Assembly (NCBI GenBank): GCA_964515705.1
Contig: CAZEVX010000001.1
Coordinates: 1-55,884, forward strand
Direction of reading: 5' to 3'
DNA: 55,884 bases
Source: an uncultured Verrucomicrobiota bacterium
GTDB lineage: Bacteria; Verrucomicrobiota; Kiritimatiellia; JAAZAB01
The notes under the pieces were generated by a model. It had not been told where the DNA came from and ran no database searches. It saw only the letters and a list, made by a program, of their open reading frames with translations. A program made the position numbers and the translations under genes. Below, piece by piece: positions 9,207 to 16,674 of the stretch (position 1 is the stretch's first letter; every line of letters begins with the position of its first letter).

Positions 9207-10310
9207 ATGGCCTTTGCTCCCTGTGCCTACGAAGCGCCCGATTTCCGGACCCCGGCCCTGGCCGGTGCGCCCGACGTCGCCACCGCGCCGGTGACCGCGG
9301 ACGGCGTGGCCCCGGACGGGTATCACGCCACGTCGATCTATCCCGAATACTTCAAGCTCGGCGGCCGCTGGGTGCTGGCCGAGGACAGCCGCATGGATTG
9401 CGTGGCCGTGCTGCGGACCGGGGCCGCGCCGGACATCCGCGAGTTCCGGCGTCTGCGCGTCGGGGACCCCGTGGCGCTCGGCCGGACGGAAGACGGGCGC
9501 GAGGGGATTTACGTGCACGCCGCCGGGTTCCGCGCCCCCCCGGGGCGCGACGAGGCTTTCGCCTTCCGCACCGGGCGCTCCCGCGAAACGGCCTACTCGC
9601 GGGACTACGATCGGCTCTACGACCTGCTGCGGTACGAGCGCGAGCACGGATACATCGTCTGGGTGCTCGGGCCGGCCGTGAGCTTCGACCACGACTGCCG
9701 CCGCGCGATGGCCGCGCTGGTGGACGGCGGCTACGTGCACGCGGTCCTGGCCGGCAACGCCATGGCCACCCACGACCTCGAGGCGGCGGTCCTGCGCACG
9801 GCGCTCGGGCAAGACATCTATACCCAGGCCCTGGTGCCCAACGGCCACTACCACCATCTCGACATCCTCAACCGGGCGCGCCGCGTCGGCAGCCTCGAGC
9901 GCTTCGCGGCCGAGGCCCCCGTGCGCGACGGGATTGTCGCCGCCTGTCTCCGGCGCGGCGTGCCGCTGGTGCTGGCCGGCTCGATCCGCGACGACGGCCC
10001 GCTGCCGCCGGTCTACGCCGACGTCTACGCCGCCCAGGACGCCATGCGGGCGCACTTGCGCCGGGCCACGACGGTCATTACCATCGCCACCCAGTTGCAC
10101 TCGATCGCCGCCTGCAACATGACCCCGGCATACCGCGTCCTGCATGGCACGGTACGGCCGGTCTACATCTACTCGGTGGATATTTCCGAGTTCGCCGTCA
10201 ACAAGCTGCGCGACCGCGGCACGCTCGAGGCCACCTCGATCGTCACCAACGTCCAGGACTTTCTCGTGAACGTGGAACGCAACCTGGCCGCCGGCTGCCC
10301 GGCGCCGTGA
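9207..10310 (+). CDS. Conserved protein, possibly LOR/SDH-like (TIGR00300-type) family
   Basis: GAGGAG lies 5 nt upstream of ATG 9207. The blocks LAGNAMATHDLEAAVLRTALG and VLAGSIRDDGPLPPVY match my memory of TIGR00300/ArgZ C-terminal-type proteins. The family call is from memory only. Confidence 0.45.
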   Translation: MAFAPCAYEAPDFRTPALAGAPDVATAPVTADGVAPDGYHATSIYPEYFKLGGRWVLAEDSRMDCVAVLRTGAAPDIREFRRLRVGDPVALGRTEDGREGIYVHAAGFRAPPGRDEAFAFRTGRSRETAYSRDYDRLYDLLRYEREHGYIVWVLGPAVSFDHDCRRAMAALVDGGYVHAVLAGNAMATHDLEAAVLRTALGQDIYTQALVPNGHYHHLDILNRARRVGSLERFAAEAPVRDGIVAACLRRGVPLVLAGSIRDDGPLPPVYADVYAAQDAMRAHLRRATTVITIATQLHSIAACNMTPAYRVLHGTVRPVYIYSVDISEFAVNKLRDRGTLEATSIVTNVQDFLVNVERNLAAGCPAP

Positions 10311-10380
10311 GCCGGGACGCCCGCCCATTGGCCCCCGGCTCCCTGGCGGCGCCGCGCCGCCGTCCCAAGGAGGGTCCGTC

Positions 10381-10752
10381 ATGAACGCCGTGCCAACCGG
10401 TTCGCTCGCCGTGTTCCTGCTGGCCCAGGTGGTGGCGCTGACACTCTCCATCTTCATGTTCGTCGCCCTCTGGACGGTGTACGTCAAGGCGGGCCGGCCG
10501 GGCTGGGCGATCCTGGTCCCGTTCTACAACCTGTACGTCTTTTTGAAAATCGCCGGGAAACCCGGCTGGTGGCTGATCCTGCTGTGCCTCCCGTTGCTGA
10601 ACCTGATCTTCGGGATCCTCGCCCTGGCGGGCCTGGCACAGAACTTCGGCAAGGGCGCCGGTTTCGTCGTGGGCCTGCTGTTCCTGCCGGTGATTTTTTA
10701 CCCGATGCTCGCCTTCGGCAGCGCCGTCTACCAAGTCGCGGAGATCGCCTGA
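10381..10752 (+). CDS. Small multi-pass membrane protein, DUF5684-like
   Basis: AAGGAGGG lies upstream of ATG 10381. It has three hydrophobic segments and the block KAGRPGWAILVPFYNLYVFLKIAGKPGWW typical of DUF5684 proteins. Confidence 0.7.
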   Translation: MNAVPTGSLAVFLLAQVVALTLSIFMFVALWTVYVKAGRPGWAILVPFYNLYVFLKIAGKPGWWLILLCLPLLNLIFGILALAGLAQNFGKGAGFVVGLLFLPVIFYPMLAFGSAVYQVAEIA

Positions 10753-10768
10753 GGCGGGAGCGGCCGCC

Positions 10769-11278
10769 ATGGCGCGGGCTTCCATCGTGATCGTCAACGA
10801 CCGCATGCAACAAGGCTTCCGCTACGCCCTGACGGCGCCCGAGGGCCGTCAGTTCGACCCGCGCTTTACCCCCGACCTGACGCCGGCCGAGATGCTGGCC
10901 CTGGGCGTGTTCGGCGGGAAATACATGACCGATTGCCGGGCGGAGTTCCCGGCGTCGTGGTTCGCGCGCGCCAAGCTGTGCGCCGAGCGGCACGATCCCC
11001 GGCTGAACTGCTTCGGGGTCAACGCTTCGCTGCCGCTGGCGGTCTGGCGCGCCAAGGGCTGGATCTACGCGGAGGATCCCCGCGGCTGGTTCCAGTGGTA
11101 TTGCCGCTATTACCGCGGGCGGCGCTGCCCCGACGACGCGCGCCAGATCCGCCGCTGGTTGGCGATGGCCCGGCACGTGCGCCAGGTACAGCGCCATTGC
11201 CGGCCCGGCGACCGTTCGTGCCGGCCGCGGCAACGCCAGTCCCTGCTGCAGTGGGCCTACGACAGCCGCCGGCTGTGA
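10769..11278 (+). CDS. Conserved hypothetical Trp/Cys/Arg-rich cytoplasmic protein
   Basis: 169-aa ORF with coding-like GC3. The block DPRGWFQWYCRYYRGRRCPDDARQIRRW looks like a conserved family that I cannot name. Confidence 0.5.
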   Translation: MARASIVIVNDRMQQGFRYALTAPEGRQFDPRFTPDLTPAEMLALGVFGGKYMTDCRAEFPASWFARAKLCAERHDPRLNCFGVNASLPLAVWRAKGWIYAEDPRGWFQWYCRYYRGRRCPDDARQIRRWLAMARHVRQVQRHCRPGDRSCRPRQRQSLLQWAYDSRRL

Positions 11279-11288
11279 GCCCCGCGCG

Positions 11289-12452
11289 TCACGCCCCGTA
11301 GTACTTGCGGACCCATGGGGTCAGCAGGTCCTCGTCGACGCGCAGGATGCCGATTTCGCGCTCGGCGCTTTCGACGGAATCCGAGGCGTGGGCGGCGTTG
11401 ACCATGATGTCGTGGCCGAACTCGCGGCGGACGGAGCCCGGCTGCGCCTTGTTGGGATCCGTCGAGCCCAGCAACCGCCGGATTTTATCGACCGCCTGCA
11501 GGCCGCCGTACACCAGCGCCAGGCACTTGTTGGGACCCTGTTTCTGCTTGTCTTCCGCGCGGCAGCTCGGCGGGTAACTGCCGGTCATAAACTTGACGAG
11601 CTGGTGGAACTGCTCGTCGCCCAGCAGCGGTCCGAGATGCTGTTCCAGCAGTCCCAGCGTTTCGGGCGGCAGGGCCACTCCGAACGCGGATTCCAGGCAG
11701 GCGCCCGCTTGCTCGGCAACCTTGCGTTTCATCTTCTCGCGCAGCACCTGCCGCACGGGCCGGTAAAACTCCTCAGCCTGCGCCACACTCATGCGGTGGA
11801 CCTGGGCCGCCAGGATACGCAGGCCGGATCGCGAGAGCACGTCAATAATGTTCCCCGGCTTGGCGCTGGGGAACCGGAAATTGTCGGGCTTGATCAGGAC
11901 CAGAGTCCGCTGCCACCCGGCTTCCTCCGGGGTGTTGTCCACCGTGGTTTTCAGGAACCCGCCGTCGGCCGCCGCATGCCGGCTCCAGAGCCGGAGAGCC
12001 GCACCGGCGGCCGCGGGCGTCGACCCGATCAGCACGGCCGGTTCGAAATACCGGACCTGCCGGTGTTCGTCGACGACGTAGTCGCCGAAGGTGTCCCGGA
12101 TGGTTTCGCCGCCGCCCATGGTGACGGGCCCGGCTGTGTCGCGGACCTTGGCGACGGCCTCGTCGCCTTCCAGCAGGATCATGAGCACGCGACGGCGACG
12201 GCCGTTCACGGGATTGGGCGCATAGGACGTCCGCACGTAGTCGGCCAGCAGCCGCCGGATCTCCGGGTCGCCCGTGTCGTCCGCGTCCACGAGCTGCGCA
12301 TACGCGTTCACCAGGTCGGCCCCGGGCGCGAACATGCGCGCGGCCACGAGGTCGAGCCCCGTGCGGCTGATGAATCGCCCGATCACGCCGCCCGTCCGCG
12401 ACTTGGCGAGGGTATAAGGATTGATGAGCACGTATGCCAGTTCCATCGCCAT
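11289..12452 (-). CDS. Tandem nucleoside-diphosphate-kinase-like protein (degenerate N-terminal NDK fold plus a C-terminal NDK domain with a large insertion)
   Basis: The start is set at ATG 12452, with GGGAGG 7 nt upstream. The C-terminal domain has RTLVLIKPDNF...GSTDPNKAQPGSVRREFG...NAAHASDSVESAEREI, so the catalytic His context is retained. The N-terminal domain (YVLINPYTLAKSRTGGVIGRFI...) lacks that His. Confidence 0.65.
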   Translation of the reverse strand: MAMELAYVLINPYTLAKSRTGGVIGRFISRTGLDLVAARMFAPGADLVNAYAQLVDADDTGDPEIRRLLADYVRTSYAPNPVNGRRRRVLMILLEGDEAVAKVRDTAGPVTMGGGETIRDTFGDYVVDEHRQVRYFEPAVLIGSTPAAAGAALRLWSRHAAADGGFLKTTVDNTPEEAGWQRTLVLIKPDNFRFPSAKPGNIIDVLSRSGLRILAAQVHRMSVAQAEEFYRPVRQVLREKMKRKVAEQAGACLESAFGVALPPETLGLLEQHLGPLLGDEQFHQLVKFMTGSYPPSCRAEDKQKQGPNKCLALVYGGLQAVDKIRRLLGSTDPNKAQPGSVRREFGHDIMVNAAHASDSVESAEREIGILRVDEDLLTPWVRKYYGA

Positions 12453-12603
12453 GACAGGCCTCCCGGACAGCGGGTCTCGCGGGAGCGTCGGGCCGTCGTC
12501 CGGCCGTACGCCCCGTGGAAACTCTACCCGTCTTGCCGGCTCGCGGCAAGCCCTAAACGCGCCGCCGGCCGCGTGCGGTGCGGAACAGCCGGGCCCGCCG
12601 CCG

Positions 12604-12632
12604 TTGCGATCCGTTCGGCGCTGCGGTACACT
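12604..12632 (+). promoter_or_regulatory. Sigma70-like promoter driving a leaderless transcript of the RNA methyltransferase gene
   Basis: TTGCGA (12604-12609), N17, TACACT (12627-12632), N7, ATG 12640. Confidence 0.45.
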
Positions 12633-12639
12633 CCGGTCC

Positions 12640-13911
12640 ATGGCCCATCCGCCGCCAGATCGCGCGGCCCGCACTCAAGCCGCGCTCGCCATGACCCTCA
12701 TGGGCCGGCTCGAGACCGACGTCGGCGCCGGGCAGCCGCTTGACCGCCTGTTGCAGCACTGGTTTCGCCAGCACCCGGAACTGGGGTCGCGGGATCGCCG
12801 GTTCTTCGGCGCCCTCGCGTTTTCTTGGTTCCGTTGGCGCGGCTGGCTGCATCCTCCCGCGCCACCGGCCTATGCCTTGGCCTACGCCCTGGACGCGCTG
12901 ACCCCCCACCCGGCGGCAACCCTTCTCGCCGCCGGCCGGCCGGCGGCCCCGGCCGGCCTCCTGTCCCTGCACGACAAGGCCCAGGTGGTGGGCCGCTGGC
13001 TGGCGAGTGCGCCGCCGCCCGCGGCCGACCTCGTTCCGGCATGGGTTCCCGCGAGCCTGGCCGTGCCGCCTGGCGCGGATTCCGCAGCGCATGTCGCGGC
13101 CTGTCTCGCGGCCTTCCAGGAAAGGCCCCCGGTCTGGCTGCGAGCGGATCGCGGGGCGCCGGCCGATCCGGACACGCTGGCTGCGCGGGTCGGCGCGCCG
13201 TTGGCGGCCCACGAACGGCTGCCAGGCGCCTTTCGCGCCATGGCCGCCGCCGTGGACGAACGCCGGGCGGCCGCGGCTGGCTGCCGCATTCAGGACTTGG
13301 CCTCCCAATGCGTGGGATGGATGTGCGATCCCAAGCCCGGGGAGGACTGGTGGGACGTGTGCGCTGGCGCCGGCGGTAAAAGCTTGCACCTGGCCGACCG
13401 TATGCTTGGACGCGGCCGGGTGCTGGCCACCGATATCCGACCCGGCATCCTGGCGGCCCTGGAACGCCGGCGCTCGGCCGTCGCCGTGATCCAGCCCCGC
13501 CTATGGGACGGCGCGCGGGATCCCGAACCGAACCGCCTGTTCGATGGCACGCTGGTGGACGCTCCCTGTTCCGGCATCGGCACCTGGGCGCGCAACCCGG
13601 ATGCCCGCTGGCGCACCCCGGCCGAGAAGCTGCCGACCTGGCCGCACCGCCAGTTGGACCTCCTGATCGCGGCCGCTCAAAAAACAAGGCCCGGCGGCCG
13701 GCTCGTGTATGCCGTGTGCACCTTGACGGCGATGGAGACAACGGGTGTCATGACGGCGTTCTTGCGGCGGTATTCCACGTTCTACCCAGACCCCGTAGCC
13801 CACCCCCTGACAGCAGAACCGACGGCGGGATCGGTTTGGATCTGGCCGGGCGCCCATGCCTGCAATGGCATGTTCGTGGCGCGGATGCGCCGCCGGGACA
13901 GCGGGACGTGA
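12640..13911 (+). CDS. RsmB/NOP2/Sun-family RNA cytosine-C5 methyltransferase
   Basis: SAM motif DVCAGAGGKSLHLAD. Catalytic blocks LVDAPCSGIGTWARNPDARWR and GGRLVYAVCTL. The start is chosen at ATG 12640 (MAHPPP) on the promoter geometry. Confidence 0.75.
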   Translation: MAHPPPDRAARTQAALAMTLMGRLETDVGAGQPLDRLLQHWFRQHPELGSRDRRFFGALAFSWFRWRGWLHPPAPPAYALAYALDALTPHPAATLLAAGRPAAPAGLLSLHDKAQVVGRWLASAPPPAADLVPAWVPASLAVPPGADSAAHVAACLAAFQERPPVWLRADRGAPADPDTLAARVGAPLAAHERLPGAFRAMAAAVDERRAAAAGCRIQDLASQCVGWMCDPKPGEDWWDVCAGAGGKSLHLADRMLGRGRVLATDIRPGILAALERRRSAVAVIQPRLWDGARDPEPNRLFDGTLVDAPCSGIGTWARNPDARWRTPAEKLPTWPHRQLDLLIAAAQKTRPGGRLVYAVCTLTAMETTGVMTAFLRRYSTFYPDPVAHPLTAEPTAGSVWIWPGAHACNGMFVARMRRRDSGT

Positions 13912-13995
13912 CGCGCTCGCGGTCCGATCGCAGTTGTGCGCGGGGGCGCGGTAGACGGTTCCCCGGCAGGGTGCGCCGACGTCGGCAGACCCGCC

Positions 13996-15207
13996 CTACA
14001 TCCTGGCCATCGCTTCTTCCAGGGCGCGATCCAGCGCGGCCAGGCCGCGCTCGCGCTCGAACCGGTTGACCGCCAGGTTTCGCCCATTCGCCCCCAGGCG
14101 TTCCCGTAGGCACGGATCGTTCAGCAGCAGCCGGATGCCGGCTTCCATCCGTTCGGCCGTGTCGGCCAGAAGGATCGCGTCCCCGCCCCCTGCCATCAGG
14201 CCCTCCGCCCCCAGCGAGGTCGATACCACCGGGATGCCGGAGGCCAAGGCCTCGAGAATCTTGGCGCGGAAGCCGGACCCCATCCGAATCGGGCAGATGA
14301 AGATCGCGCCCGCCCCCAGGTAGGGCCGCAAGTCCGCGACCTCGCCGGTCACCACGATGCGCGGATCGCGCCGGCCAAGCTCGACGATCGCGGACGTCGC
14401 GCCGCGGCCAACGACATAAAAGCGCAGCGCCGGATAGTCGGCCCGTAGCCGCCTCCAGGCCGTGCGCGCGAACCAGCGCACAGCGTCGCGGTTGGTCTCG
14501 TTGTAGTAATAGCCAACAAACACCAGGCTCGGCTCGCGGCGATCGCCGGCGTCCGAACGCGGGGCGAAATAGGCCGTGTCTACCCCGTGCGGCACTACGG
14601 TGATCCGCAGGTCGGGCGCCTCCTTGAGCAGCACGCTCTGTTCCTGCGCCGTCAGCACCAGGATGTGATCCATGGCGCGGTACATGGCAAACTCGAAGAC
14701 GCGCACCCCGTGAATCCCGATCCGTTTCAGCAGGCCCGGCAGCGATTTGCCGTGGAACCGGATCGCCGTCGCGTACAGCTTGGTGCAGCACTCGTGACAG
14801 GACACGATGCGGCGCACGGCCGGCAGGTACGGGTTGCAAAACAGATACTGGCCCATGACGCTAAATTCGGCAATCGCCACGTGGCATGCCGCGCGATCCA
14901 CCAGCGCCCCAACGCGCCGCATCATCTCTGGCGTAAAGGCGTCATGAAACGGCGACGGCCGCGCGGAGACGACATGACGCGCCAGACGGCGCGGCAGCGA
15001 CTCCGCGGCCGGCGCCGGCACAAGCTCCAACTCGCGCACCAGCGGCCGCAGCGCTTCCGCGAAGGGCGCTTCCTCGGGCTCCACGAACGACAGGACGCGA
15101 ACCTCGTGCCCGCGGTCAACCAGGTGCCGGATCCGATTATAGACGATGATCGACCCGCTGATGCCGCGAGGTTGTGGAAGCACTTTGGAAAGAATGACGA
15201 TCTTCAT
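13996..15207 (-). CDS. GT4-family glycosyltransferase
   Basis: 403 aa with a GT-B C-terminal signature region (FICPIRMGSGFRAKILEALASGIPVVST). Confidence 0.7.
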   Translation of the reverse strand: MKIVILSKVLPQPRGISGSIIVYNRIRHLVDRGHEVRVLSFVEPEEAPFAEALRPLVRELELVPAPAAESLPRRLARHVVSARPSPFHDAFTPEMMRRVGALVDRAACHVAIAEFSVMGQYLFCNPYLPAVRRIVSCHECCTKLYATAIRFHGKSLPGLLKRIGIHGVRVFEFAMYRAMDHILVLTAQEQSVLLKEAPDLRITVVPHGVDTAYFAPRSDAGDRREPSLVFVGYYYNETNRDAVRWFARTAWRRLRADYPALRFYVVGRGATSAIVELGRRDPRIVVTGEVADLRPYLGAGAIFICPIRMGSGFRAKILEALASGIPVVSTSLGAEGLMAGGGDAILLADTAERMEAGIRLLLNDPCLRERLGANGRNLAVNRFERERGLAALDRALEEAMARM

Positions 15208-15308
15208 CCCGTGACGTCCGAGCGGCCAATGCCGGCGCGCGACATCAGGTTTGCATATCGGGAGGATTTTGCAAGAATCTCCACGCCTGTCACCGCTCCC
15301 GTATATCC

Positions 15309-16667
15309 ATGAACGACACCATAGCCGCTATCGCCACCTCGCCCGGTCCGGCCGGCATTGCCGTGATCCGCGTGTCCGGGCCAGACAGTCTCGCCATTGC
15401 CGATCGTGTCTTTTCCGGATCCGGTCTTCCGCTCTCGCGTCGCCCACCGGGCACCTTCGTGTATGGCCATATCACCGGCGGCGGCCGCAGGATCGACGAG
15501 GTCATTGTGCTGGTCATGCGCGGACCGCACAGCTACACCGGCGAAGACGTCGTCGAAATCCAAGGGCATGGCGGCGCCCTGCTTCCCGCCCGTCTGCTCG
15601 AGACCGTGATCGCGGCCGGCGCCAGACTTGCCGATCCGGGCGAATTCACGAAACGGGCGTTTCTCAACGGCCGCCTCGACCTCGTTCAAGCCGAAGCCGT
15701 TATGGATCTTATACACGCCCAGTCGGAACGCAGCGCCAATGCTGCCATGGAACAATTGCGCGGGATCTTAAGCCGTTCGTATCAAAATATTTATGACGAT
15801 CTCCTCCGGATTTGCGCCGAGGCGGAATCGACGCTCGATTTTTCTGATGATGATCCAACTCCGGAATGGATCCCCTCGGTTATTCATGATCTCCGTGATA
15901 TTCAATCTCGGATCCAGGCATTGCTTCAAACGGCCCGGGAAGGCCATGTGCTGCGAGATGGATTATCCGTCGTCATCTCCGGGAAGCCCAATGTTGGCAA
16001 ATCCACTCTCTTCAATGCGCTGTTGGGAAAAAACCGCGCTATCGTTTCTCCGATTCCAGGAACTACCCGCGACACGATTGAAGAATCATTGGTTATTGGC
16101 GGGATGCCATTGAGACTAATAGATACCGCCGGTCTGCGATCATCGGATTGCGAAGTAGAGCGGGAGGGCGTAAATCGCGCTTACGAATGCATTGCCTCTG
16201 CAGATTTTCATATCCATGTCATTGACATATCCAAAGCATTTGACAACAAAGACATACAACGTCTTTCATCCGTCAATGAATCGAATTGTTTGATCGTGTT
16301 GAACAAGATTGATTTAGGGATAAATGCAGATATCAAAATACCTTGTAAATACAAACGTGTTGTTGCTCAATTGATTTACAACCAAGGAATAACAGAAATA
16401 CTCGAGGAAATTCGGCGTTTTGCGAACAATTTCGTTCGCGGCGAACCACACGCTGTCATCTCGTCGCGTCACAAATGTATTCTTCAAGAATCTTTAAACA
16501 ATCTAATTTTATCTGTTGATTTATTAAACTCAAATTGCGAAGACATGATTTTTCCTGCTGTCTCTCACATTAGATTAGCAGCTGACTCCATCGGGAAAAT
16601 AATTGGAAAAGTTTATACGGAAGATCTTCTTGAATCGATTTTTTCTAAATTTTGTATTGGAAAATAA
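15309..16667 (+). CDS. mnmE: tRNA modification GTPase MnmE
   Basis: N-terminus DTIAAIATSPGPAGIAVIRVSG. G1 GKPNVGKSTLFNAL, G3 DTAGLR, G4 NKID. C-terminal FCIGK. Composition drops from about 60% GC to about 35% GC within the ORF. Confidence 0.92.
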   Translation: MNDTIAAIATSPGPAGIAVIRVSGPDSLAIADRVFSGSGLPLSRRPPGTFVYGHITGGGRRIDEVIVLVMRGPHSYTGEDVVEIQGHGGALLPARLLETVIAAGARLADPGEFTKRAFLNGRLDLVQAEAVMDLIHAQSERSANAAMEQLRGILSRSYQNIYDDLLRICAEAESTLDFSDDDPTPEWIPSVIHDLRDIQSRIQALLQTAREGHVLRDGLSVVISGKPNVGKSTLFNALLGKNRAIVSPIPGTTRDTIEESLVIGGMPLRLIDTAGLRSSDCEVEREGVNRAYECIASADFHIHVIDISKAFDNKDIQRLSSVNESNCLIVLNKIDLGINADIKIPCKYKRVVAQLIYNQGITEILEEIRRFANNFVRGEPHAVISSRHKCILQESLNNLILSVDLLNSNCEDMIFPAVSHIRLAADSIGKIIGKVYTEDLLESIFSKFCIGK

Positions 16668-16674
16668 AACTTAT

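Noticed and set aside
16603-16674. mnmG ORF start at 16603, overlapping the mnmE 3' end
   Set aside because: The conserved MnmG N-terminus (YDVIVIGGGHAGCEAA) begins right after ATG 16675. The upstream part is just the open frame across the mnmE end.
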